Shown one piece after another: positions 7,196 through 15,664 of a stretch of 38,658 nucleotides of DNA. This DNA comes from a virus. Its lineage: Duplodnaviria; Caudoviricetes. A program made the position numbers and the translations under genes. Location of the stretch: IMG/VR virus record IMGVR_UViG_3300025276_000075, positions 1 to 38,658 of that record, one strand, 5' to 3'. Every line of letters begins with the position of its first letter. The first letter of the stretch is position 1. The notes below the pieces were generated by a model that was given only the letters and a program-made list of their open reading frames with translations, was not told the DNA's origin and searched no databases.

Positions 7196-9027
7196 ACCTC
7201 CTTTGTGTAATTAATGTATCGGCGAGTCTTGCCGTTCTTTCTGTCGCGGTACTGGCAGCATTGGGTATCGAATTCAAACCCAACCTTGCCTTCATATTGA
7301 CCGTTGCGATTCTTTAACACTTCTAAGTACATATCCCACTGCTTTTCAAATTGCTCGTCAGGCTCTTCACCTAACATTTCAGCCTGTTCAAGCTGTTCAC
7401 TTTTGCGTTTGTTTTTCCAAACAGAAAGAAATCCGTCCGCCAAGTCTGTAATCGATCCACTACCCTTAACGTCATACTTGTTTGGTGCTGAGTACTCTGA
7501 CTCACCCTTACGGACGTGGGTGACGATGAATACAGTGACAGGGAATGACAGTTTGAAATTGACCAGCTTCTCAATGAACTTTTGCTGACCCTCGTAGTCA
7601 TCCTGACGGACCATGTTCGTTAGACTGTCCACGATGAACGTGTTGATCCCATATCTCCGATAGGCGTATTCAAAGCAGGACATCAGGTCTTCAGGCTTAG
7701 GGGTAAGCTTGTCAACGAACAACCATAGGTTTGGGCACATCCACTCTAAAAGTTTCTTTCGGTATGGTTGTGGCGGAGTAGCACTGCCCGCTGCCTGTCT
7801 GACCATGCGCCCCATGGTTGATTTGGGTGTCATTTCCATCGACGCAATTAAGACCTTCTGATCTTGCTGCACGGCGTTAAGCGCGAGCTGGTTCAACCAC
7901 ATCGACTTCCCGTGTCCATTGATTCCGCAAATCCCCCAAAGCTCGTTAGGTCGAAATTTTATATCCTCTTCGTCAAGCTTTTCCCAGCCACTACCAAAAC
8001 CCTGCGTGTCATCCTTCTGGTTATCAAAAAAGTCATCGATGTCTGCTTCAAAATCCATGACAGAATGTAAGGTCTCTGGGTCTTTCCATCGCGCTTCTTG
8101 ATACGCACACTCCAACATCCACTTAGCTTGCTCATACCCTTGCTTCTGGAGTAGCTCATTGATGTCTTTGGTCGGAAGGTTCACTCTGTAACAACGGTCA
8201 CCCAATCGCTGCATGATTTCTGCGGCGGCTAGCTCACCCTGCTCATCCATATCTGTCGCGATAAGGATCTCTTCAAATCGCGCTAAATTCTCGTATTCGT
8301 GGGCGATCCACTTCGTTTGTTTGGCGCCTTTGCCTCCACCCATTGGGACTGAGAGGGCAGGGAACCCCAGTTCGCTACAAGCAATCGCATCCCATTCGCC
8401 CTCAGTAATCCAGATCTTTCTGGCTGTATCAGGAACGTTCTGCCAGCCAAAAAGAATGGGCTTCAGGTCTTTCTGAGTCGATGGGTTGCCGTTATGGTTA
8501 ATCGGCTTGGTCTTAAGAAATGTCTGCTTGCCTTGGGCATCGAAAAACGGGAACACAACATCCTGTCCACCCCTAGCGTCGGTCTCATATATCTTGTATC
8601 TGAAACATATCTCCCCTACGTCTTTGAACCCTCGCTTCTCCATATATTCATGAAGATGCTGGTGTTCGTTCCTTGGGGGAGGCGTAGGTAAGGTGTAGTT
8701 CTTTTTTTCCGCCGGAGCGACTTTTTTTGCGGGTGAATTGTCACGAATGCTGTAGCGTCTCTTCGCCCATTCCATCGCATCGACGAGCGTCATCCCTTGC
8801 GAGTACATAATGAGATCAAGCAGGTCACCACCTTCGCCTGTGGAAAAATCCATCCACTTGCCGCTCTGAGCGCCGTTGAGATAGACCGACATGCTTCTGC
8901 CTTTCTCTCCCTGAAGCGAGCCAATCTTGTAGCATCCACTTTCAAGACGACCATCAGGGTATAACTCGCTGCAAATACCCGTGGCGTGAGGCGCCAACTG
9001 CTGAACAAGTTCTTTGATATCCATCAT
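7192..9027 (-). CDS. Bifunctional primase-helicase (TOPRIM plus SF4/DnaB-like; T7 gp4/Twinkle-type)
   Basis: ITEGEWDAIA and ATDMDEQG (TOPRIM); GINGHGKS Walker A; FIVDSL Walker B; HVRK; KGSGSITDLAD; KNR. Confidence 0.93.
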   Translation of the reverse strand: MMDIKELVQQLAPHATGICSELYPDGRLESGCYKIGSLQGEKGRSMSVYLNGAQSGKWMDFSTGEGGDLLDLIMYSQGMTLVDAMEWAKRRYSIRDNSPAKKVAPAEKKNYTLPTPPPRNEHQHLHEYMEKRGFKDVGEICFRYKIYETDARGGQDVVFPFFDAQGKQTFLKTKPINHNGNPSTQKDLKPILFGWQNVPDTARKIWITEGEWDAIACSELGFPALSVPMGGGKGAKQTKWIAHEYENLARFEEILIATDMDEQGELAAAEIMQRLGDRCYRVNLPTKDINELLQKQGYEQAKWMLECAYQEARWKDPETLHSVMDFEADIDDFFDNQKDDTQGFGSGWEKLDEEDIKFRPNELWGICGINGHGKSMWLNQLALNAVQQDQKVLIASMEMTPKSTMGRMVRQAAGSATPPQPYRKKLLEWMCPNLWLFVDKLTPKPEDLMSCFEYAYRRYGINTFIVDSLTNMVRQDDYEGQQKFIEKLVNFKLSFPVTVFIVTHVRKGESEYSAPNKYDVKGSGSITDLADGFLSVWKNKRKSEQLEQAEMLGEEPDEQFEKQWDMYLEVLKNRNGQYEGKVGFEFDTQCCQYRDRKNGKTRRYINYTKEV

Positions 9028-9761
9028 TTGACAAGCCCCAAAAGGTCATTCTTTCTGGAGTAACCTTTAAAGCTCTTCAGTGCAGCCCATTCAGGATCGC
9101 CGATTCTTTCCCAACCACGGCTTATGGCAAAATCAATGACGCCCTCAACGTCGAAGCCGTGGCGCTTCAAAATTTTAAAGTCCTCGGTCTGAGACGTAAT
9201 CATTTTTGCAGCAGGCTTTCTGCCCTTACGTTTCTCTAGTTTGTACGCCCACCATTTTTGCCATGACTTACTGGTAATACCATCAGGAGGATCGTTAAGG
9301 AGCAAAGTCCGCCAGCATATTTGTTCTTTTTCTTGTTTGTTCTTAAGGATAGTAGTTCTTTGGGTCTGATTAGCTTGATCTGGGTTAGCTTGATCTGGGT
9401 TAGCTTGATCTGGGTTTTGATGATCTAGTGGGAACACACCCTTAACATCGGTGACCAGCCAGTCCCAGCGCAGCACATGACCACTTTCGTTGCGGACAAC
9501 TTGCCTACGGATGTAACCAGCAGTTTCAAGCTCCTCGGTGATGCGAGACATCTTCACGTTGCCGACCCCGAAAACGGTGCAGAGCTGGTTATTCGTGATT
9601 TGCCAGTCATCAACGTGGCTGAGGAGATACACAAGCACCCCCAAACTCTCTGGAGAAATGCCATCGGATCGAAGCTCGCTAGCGCTGTTGCCGCCGCGAA
9701 GAATCAGGTTGGGAATTCTAGTGTAGTTGTCTTGTTTTAAATTTGCGGGACGAAAGATCAT
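9024..9761 (-). CDS. Phage replication initiator (lambda O-like, N-terminal wHTH)
   Basis: NYTRIPN...GVLVYLLS...W...ELETAGYI; internal iteron-like repeats; upstream of the helicase; likely start ATG 9761 (alternative GTG 9797). Confidence 0.8.
   Translation of the reverse strand: MIFRPANLKQDNYTRIPNLILRGGNSASELRSDGISPESLGVLVYLLSHVDDWQITNNQLCTVFGVGNVKMSRITEELETAGYIRRQVVRNESGHVLRWDWLVTDVKGVFPLDHQNPDQANPDQANPDQANQTQRTTILKNKQEKEQICWRTLLLNDPPDGITSKSWQKWWAYKLEKRKGRKPAAKMITSQTEDFKILKRHGFDVEGVIDFAISRGWERIGDPEWAALKSFKGYSRKNDLLGLVK
9370..9427. repeat. Iteron-like tandem repeats; probable replication origin
   Basis: TTAGCTTGATCTGGG x3 exact (9370-9414) plus a degenerate fourth copy; encodes NPDQA repeats; next to a T-rich stretch. 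Confidence 0.8.
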
Positions 9762-9948
9762 TGATATAACAGCTCCATGTGATTGACATTCATTCACGTA
9801 ATAATAATCTGAACGTGAATATTAATCAATTTAAATATTATGTAGCACTGATATTATAATCTAATTCGGCGGTACCCTTAACGCAACAAAGTTGACAATG
9901 TAATTTGAAAGTGCGAGAAAGCAAATCTGAAATAACAAGGGAAAATTC

Positions 9949-10359
9949 ATGGAAGACAAAAGCAAAAAAGAAAAGCGTTCTGTAATTTTTAATGAAGCGC
10001 TAGACGAGGCTAAGGTTCCTGACTGGGGACGCGCCGCCGCGATAGTTAAGGCGACAGGTTGCAGCCCTGCTTCAGCCCAAGCTTGGATAAGAGGCAGTTT
10101 GCCGAGCGATAGTGAGCGTCTCGTTGAGTTGTGCGACCTATACGGTATAGACCTATATTTGTGGGTAGATTTGAAGTCTAGGACAGAGTCAGAGACTGTC
10201 GATAAATTGCTAGAAGCTATACTTTACGTCAAAGATTTTGAAGCCAAGGCAGATATTGTTATGGCTCCATCTCAGTTCGCGCACCTCTGCGGAGCTTATC
10301 TGGACGTAGGGAAAAGAAGCAGTATCGATGAGGTGATTTCTATTTTAAAAACCAGCTAA
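9949..10359 (+). CDS. CI-like HTH repressor/regulator without a peptidase domain
   Basis: GRAAAIVKATGCSPASAQAWIRGSLP...LVELCDLYGIDLYLW; divergent from the replication operon. Confidence 0.75.
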   Translation: MEDKSKKEKRSVIFNEALDEAKVPDWGRAAAIVKATGCSPASAQAWIRGSLPSDSERLVELCDLYGIDLYLWVDLKSRTESETVDKLLEAILYVKDFEAKADIVMAPSQFAHLCGAYLDVGKRSSIDEVISILKTS

Positions 10360-10480
10360 CGAAACTTTTGCGGCAACAACCTGTCAACTGACCTGCGTTT
10401 TGACTAGCAATCAAATTTAATTTATAGTAAATTTTGTCACAGCAATATTTAATCTGAATACACACAAGGACGAGTAACCA

Positions 10481-10666
10481 GTGTCGCGACGAGCAGAAAA
10501 TAATCAGCAAAAAGAAAGAAAAAAAATAACTTGTAAAGAAATCAGGAAGATGGTCGCGGACGATCCAGCGCTCACGATGGCTTTTGGGAATGTTGAAGCA
10601 CCAAGCTGGGATCGATACGTAGAGGAAATATGCAAAAAAGCACGTATACCAAAATTAATAATCTGA
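10481..10666 (+). CDS. Small basic hypothetical protein
   Basis: AAGGA SD before GTG; fills the gap between the repressor and recombination genes. Confidence 0.5.
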   Translation: MSRRAENNQQKERKKITCKEIRKMVADDPALTMAFGNVEAPSWDRYVEEICKKARIPKLII

Positions 10667-10671
10667 AGGTG

Positions 10672-10699
10672 TTGATTTTAATCTGGTAAATGTTACCAT
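10672..10699 (+). promoter_or_regulatory. Candidate promoter of the recombination operon
   Basis: TTGATT, N16, TACCAT with TGn extended -10; 26 nt before ATG 10726. Confidence 0.45.
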
Positions 10700-10725
10700 G
10701 TCTCTTGAACTAACGGAGATATTAC

Positions 10726-11379
10726 ATGGACATGCTTACACGCGCTCACCTCTGGGCGACACTATCAAACATCGATGTAACACCCTTTTGTACTGAGACT
10801 GAAATTGTTGGGGACCAAGTCCTCACTTATCTGCCTTGGATGAAAGCCCATGAAATTATGATGGGTACATTTCCTGAGTATCATTGGGAATTCACCGAAG
10901 ACCCCACGGGTCGCGAATGCCACTATTTTGATGATGGTTCTGCCGAAGTCCGTTGTCGCATGACGATTGGCGGACAGACCAATATCACCTACCTTCCTGT
11001 TCATAGATCAGGCAAAGCAATTGCATCTCCTTCAGCTACAGACATCAATACCGCTAAACAGCGGTGTCGTGTTAAGGCTATGGGCGAATTTGGACTCGGC
11101 TACGGGATGTGGCTGTCATCTCAAATCAAAGAGATTGAAGACCAAAGTCGTTCTAAAACTGAACAAAACGCACGTTCAGAAACAAATGATGCAGATGCTG
11201 AGCGCCAAAAGGTTATTGCGATCTGGGACCATCTCAAGTTTGGGGATGCCAAAACGCTCAGTGAAGCAACAAAGCTGCATGACAAGTTTAAACGAGGTCT
11301 AACTAATAGAGGCTTAACAGACAGTACTGGCAACTGGGAATCTCTTTGTAAGGATAAAGGTTGGAGGGCTAGCAAATGA
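10726..11379 (+). CDS. Single-strand annealing protein (DUF1071/Sak, Rad52-like)
   Basis: LTYLPWMKA...V.C..TI.G......LPV...DINTAKQRCRVKAMGEFGLG; adjacent to exonuclease and SSB. Confidence 0.85.
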   Translation: MDMLTRAHLWATLSNIDVTPFCTETEIVGDQVLTYLPWMKAHEIMMGTFPEYHWEFTEDPTGRECHYFDDGSAEVRCRMTIGGQTNITYLPVHRSGKAIASPSATDINTAKQRCRVKAMGEFGLGYGMWLSSQIKEIEDQSRSKTEQNARSETNDADAERQKVIAIWDHLKFGDAKTLSEATKLHDKFKRGLTNRGLTDSTGNWESLCKDKGWRASK

Positions 11380-12404
11380 GCCTAGCGATTCAAGGATCAC
11401 CTGAGTGGCATCGGATGCGAGCGGGCAAGATCAAAGCATCTGTCTGCGCTGCGCTCGAAGGCAAGCACCCGTACATGAAGCCTGCTGACTTGGTTCGTCA
11501 AGAAGTCAGGGCTTTGGCTGGCGCTGAGTCAGAATTTAAAATGGTGCCTGCCGTTGCCCACGGGCAAATGATGGAAGACCACGCACGAATCTTCTTGGAA
11601 GGTCTACAAGACTACACTGTCGAAGAGACAGGTCTTGTTGTTCATCCTAAGTACGACTTTATCGCAGCATCGCCAGATGGACTTGTCGGTCTCGATGGTT
11701 GCGTCGAAATCAAGTGTCCGTTTCCTCAGTACACCAAGACGCCTTACTCGATCTTTGCGCCTAAACGAAGCATGTACCTGATGCAGGTCTACATGCAGAT
11801 GGAAGTGCTGGATGCAGAGTGGTGCGATTTCATTTGTTACTTAGCGAAGAACGAAACTGCTGAGCCGCAATACACGCTGGAACGAGTTCCCCGAAAAGAA
11901 GACTTCCTAACGGAGCTGCTGAGCCGCAAGTTTTTACCTCAACCGATGAAGGGAACGATCAGCCGACTTGATCTTTATCAATGCTGGTACAACTGGATTG
12001 CCGAGCAGCATCGAGATGAAGTCGCTCGCGCTGATCACGTTAAAACGATCGAAGTTAACGCGCCTGAAGTCATCAAGACGGATGAGGAGCTGAACCGACT
12101 GGGGGCAATGCAGGACAGGATTGCCGACATCAAGTCGCGGATTGGTGACGACCTACAAACCTTAGATGTGCTGGGAAAGACCAGTGAGTCGCTAAAAAAA
12201 GATATCGCTGAGCGGTACAAAGGTTCAGTCAGTAATGGCAAGACAACGGTCAAGGTGATCATGAAGACACCGTCGATCGACTACCGTCAAGCCTTTGAAT
12301 TTCTGGGCGGCGAAGATGAAGTGTTAAACCAAGATGAGTCCCTTTCTTCCTTCAGAAGAACTACGGGCGCAATGCAAGTACAAATACAACACGGAGAAAA
12401 GTAA
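11376..12404 (+). CDS. YqaJ / lambda-exonuclease family protein
   Basis: QGSPEWHRMR, HG...E..A, ASPDGLV, VEIKCP, QVYMQM, WCDF. Confidence 0.92.
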   Translation: MSLAIQGSPEWHRMRAGKIKASVCAALEGKHPYMKPADLVRQEVRALAGAESEFKMVPAVAHGQMMEDHARIFLEGLQDYTVEETGLVVHPKYDFIAASPDGLVGLDGCVEIKCPFPQYTKTPYSIFAPKRSMYLMQVYMQMEVLDAEWCDFICYLAKNETAEPQYTLERVPRKEDFLTELLSRKFLPQPMKGTISRLDLYQCWYNWIAEQHRDEVARADHVKTIEVNAPEVIKTDEELNRLGAMQDRIADIKSRIGDDLQTLDVLGKTSESLKKDIAERYKGSVSNGKTTVKVIMKTPSIDYRQAFEFLGGEDEVLNQDESLSSFRRTTGAMQVQIQHGEK

Positions 12405-12793
12405 TGAATAAGCAGCCAAGCGCGTTTGAAGCCCTAAAAGCAGGTAAGGGTCGCCTTTATCCAATGCCTAAAGAAAAAAGAATTGAAGAGTGGAACCGGC
12501 TTAAGCAATACGACTGGGCAACAAAAGCCCACGTTCCAAAGTATGACGGATTCATAAAAGTTAGTCGTGAGTTAGTTGTCTCTTTGCAAGATGCCCTTGA
12601 GGCAAATGGCGGTAGTGATTTCCGTTACAACATCAAGGTCTGCGAGCAGATGAATGATGACGGCACGGCTATCCAGCAGCTTAATGTGGACTACTGGATT
12701 CCGAAGCCCAACCCTAACGCCCAAGCGTCAGCACCTGCCGCATCAGCCGCTAAGCTTGATGATGATTTTATGGACGACGACTTACCTTTCTAA
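12404..12793 (+). CDS. ssb: Single-stranded DNA-binding protein (putative)
   Basis: Low-complexity linker and acidic DDDLPF C-terminus; position after annealase and exonuclease. Confidence 0.7.
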   Translation: MNKQPSAFEALKAGKGRLYPMPKEKRIEEWNRLKQYDWATKAHVPKYDGFIKVSRELVVSLQDALEANGGSDFRYNIKVCEQMNDDGTAIQQLNVDYWIPKPNPNAQASAPAASAAKLDDDFMDDDLPF

Positions 12794-12803
12794 GGATATA
12801 GGC

Positions 12804-13205
12804 ATGCCTTTAAGAATAACTCGATCAGTTGGAAGCGTCTTTTATGGCGGCGAAAACCTTGACGCCAACAATTTGGAAGGCTCGTTTGACCATCGAGTTT
12901 ATGTGCGCGGAGTAGTTGACTTGGCGGGCAGACATGAGGCGCATCTCAACGTCCACTCTAAGCGCTTAGGGCATCAGGAGTTTGTCCTTTCAGCTGGTGG
13001 CAAAGGTCTCCAGCTAACGGATGAGGTATATGTTGAAATGACAGGTGTTCAGCCATACTTTACTAAACCGAATCTGAAATGCTCTGAGTGCGGAAGAGCT
13101 GGGTCGCCAGCAGAAAGTGCCTACATGTTACCTCAAGCAAAATTGCTTGTAGGTGGACCAAGAAGCTATCAAATTGTGCGCGATGACGCGAGGAAGAAGA
13201 AATGA
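12804..13205 (+). CDS. csrA: Tandem (single-chain) CsrA/RsmA-like RNA-binding protein with CxxC insertion
   Basis: Start ATG 12804 after TAAGGA; LRITRSVGSVFYGG ~ CsrA LILTRRVGETLMIG; LQLTDEVYVEMTGVQ ~ LMIGDEVTVTVLGVK; QAKLLVGGPRSYQIVRDD ~ QVRIGVNAPKEVSVHREE. Confidence 0.6.
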   Translation: MPLRITRSVGSVFYGGENLDANNLEGSFDHRVYVRGVVDLAGRHEAHLNVHSKRLGHQEFVLSAGGKGLQLTDEVYVEMTGVQPYFTKPNLKCSECGRAGSPAESAYMLPQAKLLVGGPRSYQIVRDDARKKK

Positions 13206-13444
13206 GTGACCAGCCCCAGTTAATTAATATTGACAGCACCCCTTACTTGATCGACGACATCTCTGACGCTTGTAAAGCTATGCTGAGTAACGCGCAGCAG
13301 ACGACTGCGGCTATTGGGTTGATGAGTACCCTGCTGCAAGCGGCTCAAAAAGGTGCCGACCTGAACATGAAAGAAGCTGTCAAGCTTTTGCCTGAGCCTT
13401 ACGAATCAGAAGCGGCGTCGGCTGAGTCCTCCGATACTCACTAA
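13202..13444 (+). CDS. Small acidic hypothetical protein
   Basis: ATGA overlap; INIDSTPYLIDDISD followed by a helical segment. Confidence 0.75.
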   Translation: MSDQPQLINIDSTPYLIDDISDACKAMLSNAQQTTAAIGLMSTLLQAAQKGADLNMKEAVKLLPEPYESEAASAESSDTH

Positions 13445-13460
13445 CCGCGACCTCAGAAGG

Positions 13461-13533
13461 AATGGGTGCCCCTCCTCAGACCCATTAATGTACAGGCTTG
13501 GTTTACCTGCCCTTTGAAAACAAACCTTTTTTT
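13461..13533 (+). ncRNA. Candidate structured RNA: anti-SD loop hairpin, H-type pseudoknot, U-tract
   Basis: AATGGGT/ACCCATT stem with loop GCCCCTCCTCAG; CAGG/CCTG stem whose loop GGTTT pairs with AAACC 13522-13526; then T7. Confidence 0.55.
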
Positions 13534-13599
13534 AGAGACCTCATCATGGTAATGTGCCAGTGCTGTTGATCTCTTTTATTAATTTAATGGAGAAATACT

Positions 13600-14568
13600 A
13601 TGGATAGAATCGTTACGTTCCGAGAGTGTGCTGAAGATTATCTTGCTGCACCAACTGCAAAGTCGGGCAAGAGAAAGAAGCAGTACACAATTGATGTAGT
13701 GAATGAGCTTATTGCTCGGTGGGGTGACATCCACATCAAAGAGTTTGAGAAGAAGTACCTGCTGACCAAGTTTTTTGGTGAGCTGGCAAAAAGGAACAAC
13801 CGCTGGACGGGTGAGCCGGTCTCTAATGGTTGGGTCAATACCTACAGAACGTACTCTCGCGCTGTTTTGATACATGCCAGAGATGAGATGGAGATTATTG
13901 ACAGGGTGCCTCGGTTTGAGAACCTGCCAGAAGAGCAGCGGGAGTTGTACTTAACACCAGTACAGTGTCGTGAGTTGATGCGGTGGCTAGATGAGTTACG
14001 AGCCGACATGGTCGAGTTTGCATTGTGTTGCGGACAACGCAACAAGACAATCAGGCTGCTCAAATGGGCGTCGATATCTGAGGACTATACGGTGCTGCAT
14101 CTGGCGGGTAAGGATGCAAAGAACGGGCGTACCACCTCGTTCCCGCTGAACAAAGACGCTCAGCGAATACTGAAGCGTCGATGGGAGATAAAGCAGAAGC
14201 TTGAGAAGGCGTATCCGTACCTCCTCAAGAGTAAGCCGAAAGGGATTGAGTATGTGTTTGTTCAGGAGCATCGAAGTGTTCGCAGTAATGGCAAGCCGTT
14301 CTCGCAGACTTCGTTAACGAATGACACTTGGCGACGAGCTGTATCGAATGCAGGTCTACCGAAGGGAGTTGTGTTTCATACATTGAGGCATACGTTCGCG
14401 AGCTGGCACATTATGTCGGGAACAGGTGAGACGACGTTGATGGCACTTGGTGGCTGGCTTTCGTCTAAATCTATGCAGCGGTATACGCACTTGAACCATG
14501 AGCATAAATCAAAGGCGGCTAGTAAATTGGAGGGCATGGTTAAGCAGTCGGGATTGAGTCACAGATAG
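13600..14568 (+). CDS. int: Tyrosine recombinase / phage integrase
   Basis: CGQR (R), KNG (K), FHTLRHTFASW (HxxR), LGGW (H/W), RYTH (Y); GGAG SD. Confidence 0.93.
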   Translation: MDRIVTFRECAEDYLAAPTAKSGKRKKQYTIDVVNELIARWGDIHIKEFEKKYLLTKFFGELAKRNNRWTGEPVSNGWVNTYRTYSRAVLIHARDEMEIIDRVPRFENLPEEQRELYLTPVQCRELMRWLDELRADMVEFALCCGQRNKTIRLLKWASISEDYTVLHLAGKDAKNGRTTSFPLNKDAQRILKRRWEIKQKLEKAYPYLLKSKPKGIEYVFVQEHRSVRSNGKPFSQTSLTNDTWRRAVSNAGLPKGVVFHTLRHTFASWHIMSGTGETTLMALGGWLSSKSMQRYTHLNHEHKSKAASKLEGMVKQSGLSHR

Positions 14569-14601
14569 TTTCTTTCCGCAGGACTGTATATCCATACATA
14601 A

Positions 14602-14801
14602 AGGTAAGATAACGTTAGAATGTAGTCTCTGGCAAAACACGTAAGTCATTGATTTTAAAAAGGAAATAGGATTTATTTTGATCAAGATAGAAATCTTCAC
14701 AGATTACATTTGACCTTAATTATCTTACCTAAATCCAATTAAATCAATAGCTTGCAAAACGGGGTCAACAGCAAATTCCCTGCCAGAGCTTACATCTTAA
14801 C
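14602..14801. other. attP-like site
   Basis: AT-rich region after int; two inverted IHF consensus sites (14642-14654, 14742-14754); 17/21 inverted repeat (14614-14634 vs 14781-14801); perfect 11-bp inverted repeat (14602-14612 vs 14720-14730). Confidence 0.7.
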
Positions 14802-14876
14802 TTGCCAATGCAGTGTAGGAACACACTGAAATCGAAGAATATAAAAAAATTCACATCATCTTTTTGAGGCGGGAAC

Positions 14877-15191
14877 ATGGTAACTTTTCAAGAGCATTCC
14901 GATAGAGCTTGTCGTAATCGCTGTCAACTAATTGACAGTTTACTGCGGGGCGATGGAAAGATTGCAAGCTATGACATCGATGTATCGAAACTCAAGAGGT
15001 CTTATGTAGGATTTGCAAGCAAGGTTTTGGGGATCATTCGTGACGGCGGCGCCACTCGCGACGATATCAAAAGCGCTACTGAGGTCGAGTTTCAAGTGAT
15101 TGATAAAATCGTAAAGCAAATGAAGAAGGATAATGCTATTGAGGAAGTTTCTGGTAAAGACAGTCGCGGAACATTAAGGGTGCTTCCTTAA
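14877..15191 (+). CDS. Winged-HTH-like hypothetical protein
   Basis: VLGIIRDGGATRDDIKSAT...IDKIVKQMKKDNAIEEV wHTH pattern; SD GAGGCGGG. Confidence 0.6.
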   Translation: MVTFQEHSDRACRNRCQLIDSLLRGDGKIASYDIDVSKLKRSYVGFASKVLGIIRDGGATRDDIKSATEVEFQVIDKIVKQMKKDNAIEEVSGKDSRGTLRVLP

Positions 15192-15664
15192 TTTAAGGGG
15201 TTGGACACATAATCAAGCGCCTCCCATACCGAGTCTAAGTCTCGACCAATCGCCTGAATTCTCTTGTCGATGCCCTCGCTTTGAGCTGTTATTAACTCCG
15301 CTTGCTTAACTGTGGACCGCATAGTCTCGATATCTTTTTCGAGATCAATGACCTTACTTTTAATGTCAAGTAGCTCCTCTTGCTGATCCCTTATCGTCAC
15401 TAGGTTCACGCCCAATTCAGCCAACTTGCCTTGGAGCTGACTGACATTGTTAGCCTCAAGCTCCTGCTCAACTAACAACACCTTTTTTTGTAGCGGCGCA
15501 ATATCAGGGATCTTCTTTTTCTCTACCGCTTCTAACCTAGCGTACAAACTACTCGCCGTCCATACGCCACTACCAATCGTCGTTGCAAGGGAGAGAAGTA
15601 TAGCGATGTAGACACCCTTGAAAGATGTCCCGCCAATTTTTAACTCGGTGTCAGCTAGGCTCAT
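15188..15664 (-). CDS. Membrane-anchored coiled-coil protein
   Basis: N-terminal TM (VYIAILLSLATTIGSGVW) then a long heptad repeat. Confidence 0.8.
   Translation of the reverse strand: MSLADTELKIGGTSFKGVYIAILLSLATTIGSGVWTASSLYARLEAVEKKKIPDIAPLQKKVLLVEQELEANNVSQLQGKLAELGVNLVTIRDQQEELLDIKSKVIDLEKDIETMRSTVKQAELITAQSEGIDKRIQAIGRDLDSVWEALDYVSNPLN

Noticed and set aside
12654-12803. Longer start for the CsrA-like ORF given by the track
   Set aside because: Overlaps ssb by 140 nt; ATG 12804 has an SD and aligns with the CsrA N-terminus
13600-14568. Recombinase as a shufflon/invertase for tail fibres
   Set aside because: Far from the tail genes, no inverted fibre cassettes, and an attP-like site is adjacent
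14655-14741. tRNA fragment or dif site at the att core
   Set aside because: No T-arm GTTC(G/A)A/CCA pattern and no XerD-arm TTATGTTAAA match visible
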